From: Salisapilia sapeloensis CBS 127946
Lineage: Eukaryota > Protista > Oomycota
Assembly (NCBI GenBank): GCA_023334545.1
Contig: JAADVB010000026.1
Location: forward strand, 1 to 64,000
Length of the DNA stretch: 64,000 bases
Reading direction: 5' to 3'
The translations under genes and the position numbers were made by a program. Position 1 is the first letter of the stretch. Every line of letters begins with the position of its first letter. Positions 24,349-35,318 of the stretch are shown one piece after another. The notes beneath the pieces were generated by a model. That model did no database searches and was not told where the DNA came from. It saw only the letters and a list, made by a program, of their open reading frames with translations.

Positions 24349-25117
24349 ATGAATATCAATTTAGAGCAATGTGACGCACTACAACCCCCAGCACCACCCG
24401 AGATTGAAGGTTATTTAAAAAAGCTGAAACGCAAGACAAGCAGCTTTACATCAGGATGGAATCGTCGCTGGTTCTATGTGGACTGCAGAAAGTCAGAGTT
24501 CTGCTACTCGAAAACTAAAACCGGGTCCGGCCCGATAAGTACTATTTTTACAGTTATTGATAAAATAATGTTTATTGATTTGACCATATCTACCTCGTTA
24601 TCTGCGCTTAGGCTCGATCCATCTCAATGACATTATGGCCATTGTCCAGTATGACGAAACTCACTTTCAAGTTGAAAGCCGCTCTCGTAACTTTTTCTTA
24701 CGGGGAGAAAGCAAAGCTAGCACGTCTTGCTGGGTGTCCAGTCTGGATACTTATCGCCGTAAATATGCAGAGTATGAAAAGAAGAAGTTTCAACTAGCGA
24801 TTGCTGCAGCTCAGTGCGGCATAACAAATGTGAATGATAAACAATCTAAAGGGAAACGCGCTCTACCTAATCAAGAGTACTCTCGTCCTCCACTGCAGCC
24901 TTCGAAAACTGACAGTCATGAGGCGGAAGTCATGCCAATGAAGCCGAACAAGAAGCGGAACACGATGAAGGATGATCACTCGAAAATGAATGAGAGTGGA
25001 GTCCGCTCACCTTTAAGTCAAAAAGCTAGTATGCAAAAGCGTAAGCATGAGGAAAATGCCAAAAGCGATTCAAAGCCTCGTCAAGTCGTGGAAGCTTGGA
25101 TAGCGGATGACATTTAG
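24349..25117 (+). CDS. Small PH-domain protein, 2 exons
   Basis: IEGYLKKLKRKTSSFTSGWNRRWFYV, then an intron at about 24540-24610, then SIHLNDIMAI..RNFFLRGESKASTSCWVSSL; disordered basic tail. Confidence 0.8.
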
Positions 25118-25166
25118 ACAACTTCTGAATGACACATTTGGTTAAGAACGAGTGTATTTCGATACA

Positions 25167-28100
25167 TTAGGCACCTGCATTACCATCTGAATTAAGCGAT
25201 TGTACTCGATCACTCTTTTCCTTTAATTCCAATCGGGGATCTTGTAGAAACTCCTTCGATTTTTGATGCATTCTACGTGCCATCCACTTTTTACGCAAGG
25301 ATGAGCGGGCAGAATGCTCACATACCCATTTCCAATCCTTTTTCAACACGACTCCACATTCCCTTGAACGCTTGTGGAGCACAGAATACTCATGGCCAAA
25401 CCACCGCTCAAATTCTTGAAATGATATAGCGCCAGACTTGTCGTCGTCCATCATCTCGATTACATCCATACGCTCGCTAGGAGTCAACGGTATGTGCAAG
25501 CGCTCCATCAATGCCGACATTGTGTGCCGATCTAACTCCCCAATATTCTCTGCATCCATAAGTTCAAACATATCTCGTATCTCTTCCATAAGACGGTCTT
25601 CGACACTTAGAGACTCGCGAGCTTTTGCTAGCTCTTCAATGTGCTTTCGAATTTTGCTTTCTTCCTCTTTCAATTGCCTCTTGCCTACTTTACTTTTACT
25701 AAACGCGGGAAAGGATTCGAAAGATTCCATTCCTGTTTGCCAACTGGATTCATTTGCAATGGCATCTTCGTCCCTATCACCATGTTCGCTTCCATGTTTC
25801 TTGACAGAACGAATATCTTTTAGCATGCTCGTGTAGATCTTGTGATGTCCACGACGTCGCTCTAATTTCTTGCGGTAAGCTCTTTGTATTTTGACCGCAG
25901 CTCGACACAACCGCAAGAATTGTACTCGGCGACGAGCGATCCTTTGCCGGTATGCACACTGGATAATTCGAGCCGATTGGAATTGGAGCTTTCGAGCTTG
26001 AAACAGCATCCTAGCTCGATAGCAACGATAAGCAGACTGGATGGTGGTTGTTTTCTGAGCCAAGGACAGCGCACTATCCTCAGCGTGCTTCACTTGAGAC
26101 ATATAGTATTTGACAAGGGCTGATGCTGCACACAATACGTCGTAAAAAGCACAAAGAGGGCATTTCATAAGCTCTACAATGTCAGCAAAGGTGCAAGCTG
26201 AATCGAGATATACCTTTGCCTTCAACACGGTATCCCACCGGTTCTGGTTTTGAATATCATCCACCAGTGAAGTAATGATGGATATTGGCTGGACTTTTAG
26301 ATACTCTTTAAAGAATTCCAATGTTTGTAGCGATTTCACGAATACTGCATCCTTACCAGTCAGCACTAGTAAAGCTCGCATAGCTATCGTAGTTACCCTG
26401 GTTTCCGCATTTTCTAATTCATTAGATAGAATTAAATGCAGAGCTAGAGTTTCCTGTGGTGAAGCCCCTGTCAAGATCGATCGAAGAGTACGCAGCAAGT
26501 CTCGATCTTGAACTGTTGCTTCGGCAATATATTCACTCAGAGCGCTTCGAAGAAGGAAAGACCGTAAAATACAGTCATGAGCGTCATCTCCATTAAGATG
26601 GAGGGTAAGCGCTCGACCGAAACCTGAGAAGTCTAAGAAGGCTTCCTGCATCATTCTCTGTGAAGCATTGATAGTACTTTGAAGTTTGTTGCTGACATTG
26701 TCTGCTTCGAGCTGAGATGCCACCTCCGATGCGACTGTGACCACATCCGTGTAATCACGATAGACAAAAGTACGTGCGTGGTAAATGATGTGAAATTTAT
26801 GAAGCTGTTGTATCTCTTGTGTTTTTATTGGAATAGATGTAGCAAGTGAAGACTTCGATTCTGTTGGTGAAGTAGCTGCAGGATGTTTGAGTTTTGGTCT
26901 TTTAAACTGAAAACGAGATTTCTTTGGTGTCTTTTGTGGCGAAACTGGGGTTGTCTCTCTGGTAATCTCGACAGTATTTGTTACCACGAACTCGGCTATT
27001 GACGTCTTAAAGCTCTTACCTTCTTTAATGAGTACGTCTACGACGTTCAGTTCGGTTGGAGGCAAGATGTTTACTCTGTCAGTTGAATGCCAGGACACCA
27101 AGGTTACCATATGACTCGTGCTCGTGTTGTTTTCAGAGCGCCTTACTGTCACCTCTGTAAGGGGACATTGTTCTCGGAGAAGATATGAGAGCTCTTCGCT
27201 TGCAGTATATAGAACAAACGAACGAAAAACGGCTGTATACACCTCTTCTGCGTGTGCAGATAATCTATAAAAGAATTGTTGTTGTTCAGGTGAAAACCCA
27301 ACGTCAGAAGAAGGATGGTCCGCTAACTTTTCATAGCTGTAGATGCATAAAGCAATACGAGGGGATTTATATTCTCGATCGAGCATGGCTGCCAAACAAG
27401 AGCTTGACCACTTTCGAACCTTTTCAAAGCCATGAGACGGTTTCTGCTCACTTCTTGCAATATCCAGCGTCCTCGGCAAGTTTGTCATTGGTAAAGCTAG
27501 CAACTTCTCTCGATGAATGTTGCAGCTACAGATCAAGTCTGTCCTGCAATTATGACGGAAGCAGTAATGCGGTTCTTTGTATTGTAAGGATCTTGGAAAC
27601 GGGGCTTTATGCCACCAACCGACTTGGAACATACCTGTGAAGTCATCTGCTAGTGACAGGACTTGTTGAGAGTGAACTGAAACAAAATATCGTCGCACAA
27701 TCTGTAGTAGCGTCGAGTAAAATGCATCCATTGTAGGTTGCCACAAGTTTGCTACTTTACTCAGCACGTCAAAGCAGTATCGCTGCTCTGTTTCATCCAT
27801 GATGTCTCCCACTATACTTGCGCTTTGGTAGAAATACGATATAACGTCTTCCTCTAGTGAAAATCTTTCAAAAACGAAAGCGTCCATCCCCATGCTATCC
27901 ATGCAAGCTATACGATCAACTCCTACTGGTTTTATTATGAGGGCATTTCGAGGTTGCTGTTTGCCAAATCCATGCGCATCCGCAGCGCATTTGAGATCCT
28001 GCAGACTCATAATCTTGGTCTCTTGCTTGTTCAGACATTGAATAACTGGTAAACTCTGTACACTTTCCGATCGTAGATCTAATGTCACGCCTGACATACC

Positions 28101-31100
28101 GCTTGAAGATGATGTTTGGGTATAAACAAATTCTGTGCCTCCGATTTGACGCTCTCCAATATACACATTCGCACCTTCCAAACTTGCAGCGGACGAGATA
28201 AGAGTAAGCGCTTCATTTACAGAAGATGGGAGAATGTTCTTTGCTGTGTTTGAAGGTAGCGCATTCAGGTCCATTTGGAGCTGTCGAATATACTGTAATG
28301 CATTTCGACGTCGAACGATCAATTCGACTCTCGGATTAATTTGTCGAATGAGATTGTTGACCAGAGGAAGGATCATTTCAAGGTATTCGAAAGGATATGA
28401 CCAAGTGGCCCCGTCAACGCGTTTTAATATCATCAAAGTTTGATAGTGCGATGCGTCATCGTCATTAACGTCTCGTGTCTTCTCAAACTCAACAACTATT
28501 ATATTAGGATCGATCGCATAAAGACAATTGGCTTGGTACGCTGTCTTGAATGCTGCCGAACCATATTTTTTTGTCGCAAGTATAGAAACTTGTGTATCTG
28601 TCATTTGCCTTGCAAGTATATTTCGCAAAGCATCAGTGGCTTCATCCCATTGTACGATTTCAACGCCGATTACATCAGGTAGGTTATCGATCACCTCCTC
28701 CATGACACGCTGAAACACGACCTCGAAAGTGCTTTTATTTCCTTTGAATAAGGAGGATAGGCATGCCTTTGATCTAGCTTCTCGCTGTTGCCGACAGAAG
28801 TGGCCGAGATGCAGTGCGATGGTCTTTACCCATTCGACAACATCGTTATCTGGTACCTGTGTGCCGAAAGAAGAGGCACAAGCACCTCCGATAGAATCGA
28901 CATACAACAGACCAATAAACGGTATCGGGACACAGATAAATGCTTTTCCAAGAACGTCATCATGAAAGACTTGGAGCTGTCGATTACTGCCTTCGATACC
29001 TTCTCCTTTGTATAAAATCTTCTGGTTTTTATGAGTCAGAGCTGGTCTCTCTACTCGTGCAAACATAAGTGGGTGTTGTGAGGTGAAGACGTTGAAAGTC
29101 AGACATTCATCTGTCCTTAAAATGCGCATGCCCATCGAGCTACGAGAAGATGCATACGTGAAGTTTATAGCTTTACATAATGGCCGTAGGAAACCGACAT
29201 AGGCATTGGAAGATGGCAAAGTTGCTGCAATTTCATCTACAAGCAATTGCTGCACGAATCCGACCTTGGTGTTAAAATTCTCACAGCACTTGATCATTCG
29301 ATTAAGAACAGCAGATCGATGCTGCGATCGCTTCTGCTCTGTCAGCACTCTGGCAATTGTAATTGCTCCTGCCAACAACGATGCAATGCTTCTTAAAAAG
29401 TCCATGAGACCTAGTTCCGGCTGTACTTCTCCTGCATTATGAGCATAGGCTGACAAATCGTCCAAAGCCAAAACACCAAGACGGCCAATCGGGACCACAA
29501 GAAAAGGAAATGAAGTTAAATTTCCCTGATCAGCAAAGTTTCTGATCTTAGGATTGGATTCCAAGTATACTAACGGAATCTCTCTTTCGAGGCATTGGAA
29601 ACTTACGCCCCTCCCATAGTTCAAATGCTTGCCTTTCATACTGCTTCTACTCGAAGCACAGGTATACCGCAAGCGATGTAGTGTTGGCTCATAAAGACCG
29701 ATGTATACATTCGGCCCATGTAAGACACGCTCAATCAGTTGAACCATCATGACTTGTAACTTTTCTTGTTCCTCCACTTGCATCTCCTCTAACGTTGACC
29801 TTGTTTGTGCTTGCTGTTCGTAGCAATGTTCCACAGACTCTGAGGGTGTCGTCTTACAGGCCTGTTGGAATTGTTTCAGCGCAGCTTGACGATCTCTTGT
29901 ACGACGCACACGTGCTTGAACATTAGTTAAAAGGTTTGATGCTAGGCTTGAAAGTCGCTCACAGAAAAGCTGTTCACATGCACCAGCTTCTCTTGGATGT
30001 GCAACGGTGCACGTTAGCAGTACTTGAGTATTCAAACACTCTAGCAATGGGAGGCGTGCGTACCAGAAAGCTTCCGTACCCAATAAAGTTTTCACTGAAT
30101 GAACAAGATACTTTTCATGCGCTTTACTAGTACTCTGTGATGGTGCAAAGTCAGCTATTAGATGAAAATATTTAGCTTCTAGTGGCTGACTTGAAACCTC
30201 ACTACGACTTGACACAATCGATAGTACTCTATTCGCTTCTTCCGAAGATAACTTGCATTGTGAAGCGACAGTATCACAAAATAGTTCATTTTGTCGTAGC
30301 CGTAAAGGAGATATTAACTTGAAATCTTCGCTATTTATCGTCTCTTGCTCTGCTTCATTGAAGTTGTAGAAGACGGTAGTATGCCGCTTGTCGAAATTGA
30401 CTTCCACTAGCCGGCATCTTTCAGAGCCAACGACGATAGTAATAAACGACTTGCAGGTATGAAAATAAATTTGCTGTGGCGTCAATAAAGGGTCTTTCAT
30501 GAGCTCTTGTAGCTGGAACAATATAAACGACCTTCGCTTCAAGTAAATTGCTTTGGCAATGCATTTGGCAATATCCTCCAAGTACTTTACAACGCCATCT
30601 TCCGGATGCGTCTCGTCCGGCCGACTAAGTGGAACCTCATTGAAGCAAGAGACTCCCAATACACCAATGCAAATGTCTTCATAAAGAAGAGGAATATAGA
30701 TTATAAGAGATTGATCATCACCATAAACATTCACCAACTTTTGTTCCTCGCTGCGAAGGCGAGAGCGTAATGGGGAAAGAGAGTCTAGGACGACAGAAGT
30801 TCCATGATCGACAGAACTAAAAGCGACACAGCGGCCACGTTGTAATACGGGCGTGCTTGTACGCTTACCTTCAGACAAAAACGTACATTTGAGCTCATAT
30901 CCACATGGCTGTAATTCTGCTACATAAGCTCGAGTTCCAGGGAGGTTTTGTGCTATATTTTTAAAAGCCTCTTGAACCACTTCATTAAGTGATCGGAGCG
31001 AGTCATTGGATGGTGTCATTCCCATCGACTGCGTTAAATGCTGCAGTTGCTCAACAGAAACCTTGCGCACTTTTCTCCTTGCTTCCCTTTCCCGTACGCA

Positions 31101-32888
31101 GCGCAAATTTGTGTTTGCAATCGCCACCGCTCGGAGTAAAAAAGCTTTAATACCTGATGTAATATCACACTGACGCTTTAAATCAACTTGTAGCGTATAG
31201 CAAGTTTGTTGGGGTAAAATATTATCTTGAAGGATGAAAGCGACCCCATGAGGATCAGACAATTCGATCATACTATCCGTCGCAACGTCAGTTGGGTTGG
31301 ATGCAATGAGCTGTTTACCAACCTCTTTTAGCAATAGGTTTAACTGAAAGTGCTTTATGTTCATCGGTCGAATGGCTAATTGCTGGCGTAATTTTGTCCA
31401 AGTAAAGGTTTCCACGTTAGAACTGGACCACGCAACAACGTATGTGGCTAGGCTATGCATCTTTCCCATATCCTCAACTCCATTCAGTACCTCAGGTCGG
31501 TTAATTCGCACAAGAGTTCCTCGTACAAGCTCACCTTTGTCTTCCTTGTAGAGTGGAACTCGACGTAGCTGTCCTTCTTTCCAGTGTATAAATGGATCGA
31601 ATCGATCGGCTGGAAGCTCTGTCGTCGCGATAGTATCAATGTGTGCCTTGGAGCCCACTCGTGTTTTCCACACAACTGCGCGTGTTACGCCAGACACCGA
31701 TTGACCTATCGCTTGAAGAAGTTGACTAAATACATCATATACCGTGCAATGAGGGTCTTTCGTTACGTCTGCAAGTGATCGATGGGCTTGAATGCCTCGG
31801 AAGCCGTCGATAAAGCTTCCGGAGTCAACGGTTAGTTTCTGCAGAAAGAGTATTGCATGCTCATCATCGTGAAAGAGTTGAGGAAGTGATTCTAAATGCA
31901 ATGGTACGCCTTCTCGAAGAGCTTTTACTATATCAAGCAGGCGTTGTCTCGACGTGACCTTTAGCTTTTGAAAGCGAGGGTGATGCTGAATTTCAGTCAC
32001 ACTAAGCTGGAGGAATTGTGCTCCTGTTATGTTGTTCTTTTGAACGACAGATGCAACATCAGGTAGTTTCATCCGAGTCATAAATGCAGTTAAACTACTA
32101 CTGGTCATCGTTTCCGGAAGTAGACGCCGAGATAACCTGCAAGCATCTACATTCATCACACCATGTGCAAATTGTTGTGACAATGACAGAAAAGGAAAGG
32201 AGACGACAGGACCAGTCTCTGTTTCTGTGGAGTATCGACACACACGAGTATCATCTAGCCTAGCTATGTTCTTGAATTCCACTGGTCGAAGCTTACGAGA
32301 TGCTTCCCATGTAATTGTCATTGCCTGACGTCCGATACCTTCCTCTTGGTTCGATATCGTCGTCGGATGCCGAGACAGCATTTGTCCAGCCATGCTACTC
32401 TTACTTGTACAAGCAACAAAGCGGAATATCTCTTCATGATGATCGAGTGGAAATGGTTCATAAAACGCCAAGTAGGCATCGCATTCAGGCAGACATCGCT
32501 CGACTAAAGAGATAATTTGGCGCTGGACTTGCAGCAATGTAGGCAATGATGTCATTCGAGTTGAATCAAAGAGCCATGCAGGAACTACCGTCGGATACGC
32601 TTGATCGAGGCTTTTCAACCGGTCGTTAACAACGTCAAAATATCTTCCGAGGTCGACTAACGCTTTATCGAATGTTTTACGACGAGTTATCGTCTGCTCA
32701 ATGCTTTGGGTGTATAGTTGGTTCGATGATGGATTGGAGTAGATGTCTCCCACGATATTGGCACTTCGTTCTCGTCGAGCCAAGTTGACTGCATCTTTCT
32801 CATCTATATCATCACTCGTTCGAGACAAGTGATGACGCATCTTTTCTGGTAAGAAGCCATATTCAACATCATCAACGTGATCGTCCAT
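25167..32888 (-). CDS. 2573-aa protein: GAF-like repeats, SAM domain, IQ motifs, EF-hand pair
   Basis: Uninterrupted ORF. SAM-like segment (KLPDVASVVQKNNITGAQFLQL); recurring YxG....(L/F).Y...S..SSM.G units; IQxxYR x3; EF-hands (FELMDAENIGELD; MMDDDKSGAISFQEF). Confidence 0.8.
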   Translation of the reverse strand: MDDHVDDVEYGFLPEKMRHHLSRTSDDIDEKDAVNLARRERSANIVGDIYSNPSSNQLYTQSIEQTITRRKTFDKALVDLGRYFDVVNDRLKSLDQAYPTVVPAWLFDSTRMTSLPTLLQVQRQIISLVERCLPECDAYLAFYEPFPLDHHEEIFRFVACTSKSSMAGQMLSRHPTTISNQEEGIGRQAMTITWEASRKLRPVEFKNIARLDDTRVCRYSTETETGPVVSFPFLSLSQQFAHGVMNVDACRLSRRLLPETMTSSSLTAFMTRMKLPDVASVVQKNNITGAQFLQLSVTEIQHHPRFQKLKVTSRQRLLDIVKALREGVPLHLESLPQLFHDDEHAILFLQKLTVDSGSFIDGFRGIQAHRSLADVTKDPHCTVYDVFSQLLQAIGQSVSGVTRAVVWKTRVGSKAHIDTIATTELPADRFDPFIHWKEGQLRRVPLYKEDKGELVRGTLVRINRPEVLNGVEDMGKMHSLATYVVAWSSSNVETFTWTKLRQQLAIRPMNIKHFQLNLLLKEVGKQLIASNPTDVATDSMIELSDPHGVAFILQDNILPQQTCYTLQVDLKRQCDITSGIKAFLLRAVAIANTNLRCVREREARRKVRKVSVEQLQHLTQSMGMTPSNDSLRSLNEVVQEAFKNIAQNLPGTRAYVAELQPCGYELKCTFLSEGKRTSTPVLQRGRCVAFSSVDHGTSVVLDSLSPLRSRLRSEEQKLVNVYGDDQSLIIYIPLLYEDICIGVLGVSCFNEVPLSRPDETHPEDGVVKYLEDIAKCIAKAIYLKRRSFILFQLQELMKDPLLTPQQIYFHTCKSFITIVVGSERCRLVEVNFDKRHTTVFYNFNEAEQETINSEDFKLISPLRLRQNELFCDTVASQCKLSSEEANRVLSIVSSRSEVSSQPLEAKYFHLIADFAPSQSTSKAHEKYLVHSVKTLLGTEAFWYARLPLLECLNTQVLLTCTVAHPREAGACEQLFCERLSSLASNLLTNVQARVRRTRDRQAALKQFQQACKTTPSESVEHCYEQQAQTRSTLEEMQVEEQEKLQVMMVQLIERVLHGPNVYIGLYEPTLHRLRYTCASSRSSMKGKHLNYGRGVSFQCLEREIPLVYLESNPKIRNFADQGNLTSFPFLVVPIGRLGVLALDDLSAYAHNAGEVQPELGLMDFLRSIASLLAGAITIARVLTEQKRSQHRSAVLNRMIKCCENFNTKVGFVQQLLVDEIAATLPSSNAYVGFLRPLCKAINFTYASSRSSMGMRILRTDECLTFNVFTSQHPLMFARVERPALTHKNQKILYKGEGIEGSNRQLQVFHDDVLGKAFICVPIPFIGLLYVDSIGGACASSFGTQVPDNDVVEWVKTIALHLGHFCRQQREARSKACLSSLFKGNKSTFEVVFQRVMEEVIDNLPDVIGVEIVQWDEATDALRNILARQMTDTQVSILATKKYGSAAFKTAYQANCLYAIDPNIIVVEFEKTRDVNDDDASHYQTLMILKRVDGATWSYPFEYLEMILPLVNNLIRQINPRVELIVRRRNALQYIRQLQMDLNALPSNTAKNILPSSVNEALTLISSAASLEGANVYIGERQIGGTEFVYTQTSSSSGMSGVTLDLRSESVQSLPVIQCLNKQETKIMSLQDLKCAADAHGFGKQQPRNALIIKPVGVDRIACMDSMGMDAFVFERFSLEEDVISYFYQSASIVGDIMDETEQRYCFDVLSKVANLWQPTMDAFYSTLLQIVRRYFVSVHSQQVLSLADDFTGMFQVGWWHKAPFPRSLQYKEPHYCFRHNCRTDLICSCNIHREKLLALPMTNLPRTLDIARSEQKPSHGFEKVRKWSSSCLAAMLDREYKSPRIALCIYSYEKLADHPSSDVGFSPEQQQFFYRLSAHAEEVYTAVFRSFVLYTASEELSYLLREQCPLTEVTVRRSENNTSTSHMVTLVSWHSTDRVNILPPTELNVVDVLIKEGKSFKTSIAEFVVTNTVEITRETTPVSPQKTPKKSRFQFKRPKLKHPAATSPTESKSSLATSIPIKTQEIQQLHKFHIIYHARTFVYRDYTDVVTVASEVASQLEADNVSNKLQSTINASQRMMQEAFLDFSGFGRALTLHLNGDDAHDCILRSFLLRSALSEYIAEATVQDRDLLRTLRSILTGASPQETLALHLILSNELENAETRVTTIAMRALLVLTGKDAVFVKSLQTLEFFKEYLKVQPISIITSLVDDIQNQNRWDTVLKAKVYLDSACTFADIVELMKCPLCAFYDVLCAASALVKYYMSQVKHAEDSALSLAQKTTTIQSAYRCYRARMLFQARKLQFQSARIIQCAYRQRIARRRVQFLRLCRAAVKIQRAYRKKLERRRGHHKIYTSMLKDIRSVKKHGSEHGDRDEDAIANESSWQTGMESFESFPAFSKSKVGKRQLKEEESKIRKHIEELAKARESLSVEDRLMEEIRDMFELMDAENIGELDRHTMSALMERLHIPLTPSERMDVIEMMDDDKSGAISFQEFERWFGHEYSVLHKRSRECGVVLKKDWKWVCEHSARSSLRKKWMARRMHQKSKEFLQDPRLELKEKSDRVQSLNSDGNAGA

Positions 32889-33066
32889 TGCATGTAGAAA
32901 AGAAGAGGCGACAAGAGTGACTTGTGAGGTAGAAAAGATATTTTGGATATGAAGCTAGAAAACGACCCTCTACAGGACTGGTCGCTACTACCATCCAAGG
33001 GTTGATGCGAATGAGTAAAAGAGATAGTCTTGCCGCTCATCTAGTAGCACAACCATCGCGAAATGT

Positions 33067-34837
33067 CTAGCTAATGAATCGTGCGTTCGCGACATCCACT
33101 CTGCAGACACGAACACTGCCAAGGATTTGCTCCGGTAGTTCCTCATCCTCTTGCCCTTCCAGTACAAATCCGAAGTCCAGTACCATGTGACGCAAGTGCT
33201 CTGACACACCGGCAAGTGCTTTTCGAGCTATATAATTGAACTCATGGACATCCACGTCCACTTCCATGTACCCTTGTCCTTCATAAAAGCGATGCTGAGG
33301 TCGCGTCAACACCGGCTGACCATTATACGTCTCTACAAGATGCGCTTGTGTCCGTCCAAGCTTTTGATCCTGAGCATTCACCACGAGTCCCATGGCTTTA
33401 AACCGGTCACGCATCCCCGGTTCATTCGCCAAGAATCGACGTAAAAGTCGAATAGGAGGATCGGCGTTCTGTTCGTCACCTAAAGACGCACGTACGGATG
33501 ATGGGAATTCAAAATACGTGACGAAATTATATCCAGGCCCATTCGTCACTCGTTCTCCCCATAGAGGATTCGGCGGATCATAGTCTGGTACTTGACAGTT
33601 TACAATTAATAGATCACGGTCCTCTCTACATAGAAGGTCGAAGGATTAGTCTGGATGGAAGAGCAGTGGGAAGGTGTAGCATACCGTGTCGTGGACAATT
33701 GTGACAAGTCAAAGAGGCTGCCAACGTTGTCTAACTTGGTACTCGACTAACACATCACATTTGTTATACTAACAGCAAGCGTCTCGTATAAAGACCACGT
33801 ACTCGGAAGACGTCTACATCCACGATTTGGAGTAAGCCTGGTCCAGAAGGTTCTTTCGTCTTTGTCCTACGGTAGTTTGGACCCTTTCGGACGTTGAATC
33901 GACTCGCGTCGAGTTCTGTCCAGCACTGCGTCCCATCGTCCTTTTCGCTCCTTTCAATAGATGTACCTGCAACGACAGATTCTTGAAGCTGAGGCTTGCT
34001 CGTTTTGACCGGTGTTTCAACCTCTTGACGTTGCTCTTCATGCACATGATCGACTGGGGTGAATTTAGAATCACTCTGTGGCGGTTGATTTGGAGGAGAG
34101 GTATGGTTGGATTCGAATGGAAGCAAAAGCCAGAGGAAGAAGGCGTTTAGTAGTACAGCACTAGAATAGTAAAAGACTGGCACTGGAGACAGCATCTTGA
34201 TAATCGCAATCAACGGATGTACAGCTAGAACAGTTAAAACCACATTCTTCTCCCTCTCATCCCACGCACCCTTTCCATTCACATCGTCCGTCACGGTCAT
34301 TGCTGAAGACAAAAAGTCGATTGGATTCGTGACGGACGACTGATGGAAATTGCTGTCTTCATCTTCGGAAGGAACGATCGAGGACTCGGATTCTTGTGCT
34401 TCAAATGCCTTCTTTGGTCGAATGATCGACGAAATGGCACTTGTCCATTCTTGGAACTCAAACTTGTTGTCAGCACATACACGAAGGTCTCGATTTCGAC
34501 TCGTCAGGACGGAAAAGCAGCATGGCGTCGGCACTCCTCGTGGCATATCACCTTGCACGACAAGCATAACTCCTTTCTCCTTCAAGTAGATCGTTTCATG
34601 GGATGTGTCGCCCTTGTGTCGAGAGTACGACAACACACCCGAGTCCAGATCAAGCGTGAACCATCGTTGATTCCAACGTTTCCGCTTCCATCCACCAGCA
34701 CTTTGTTTAAATAGAAACCCTTCTTTCTTATGCCTTTCATCCGATTCTTCTGCCAAATCCTCCTCCTTTTTCATTGTCGGTGAGGTACTTTGAGCTACTA
34801 AGACTCGGCCCGACGCACTTTGCTTCCGGCGATGCAT
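33067..34837 (-). CDS. PH domain + hydrophobic segment + DUF1336/EDR2 C-terminal-like protein, 3 exons
   Basis: KEGFLFKQSAGGWKRKRWNQRWFTL PH domain; F.VRKGPNY..TKTKEPS..L..VDVDVF; LTRPQHRFY.G.GYMEVDVDVHEF..LDFGFVLEG..EELPEQILGSVR. Confidence 0.8.
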
Positions 34838-35318
34838 TTTTGACCTGATACATCTTCATCCGTTTTCGATCGCCAATAAAAATTTACCAAGAGGATATTG
34901 GCCTATCACAACCTATTGCATACGTGTCTCGGAGAACCGACAATCAGATGAATACGAGCCTTTACATGTCGGGATGAGTCGGTATCAATTGTAGATACTA
35001 TGCTACGAGAGAGGCAGTTGGATGTTATAACGTTTTATTTCACAGAGTAGACTGTGAAAGAATGTCTTTGGAGATGGTAAATGCGAGTACTAGCATTTCA
35101 ATGATGAAGAGCTTGTAACCAAGAGTGCTGCTTCGTCATGTATCTTTTTCTTGTGCAGTGCCTACCGTTTGGAGGCGGCTGGCATGTATAGTAACCTTCA
35201 GAATATGACTATTTCCACGACACTGGTAAGGAAGTTCCCGAGATTACCACATCTCGACATCTATGCAGATACGACATGAAGTAAGACTACAAGACGATAG
35301 CAAAAGCACAACTATATT

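Noticed and set aside
34880-35300. Intron-like GTAA...GCAG signals on the plus strand suggesting a small gene
   Set aside because: No model with a sound start, normal intron sizes and an open frame could be built.
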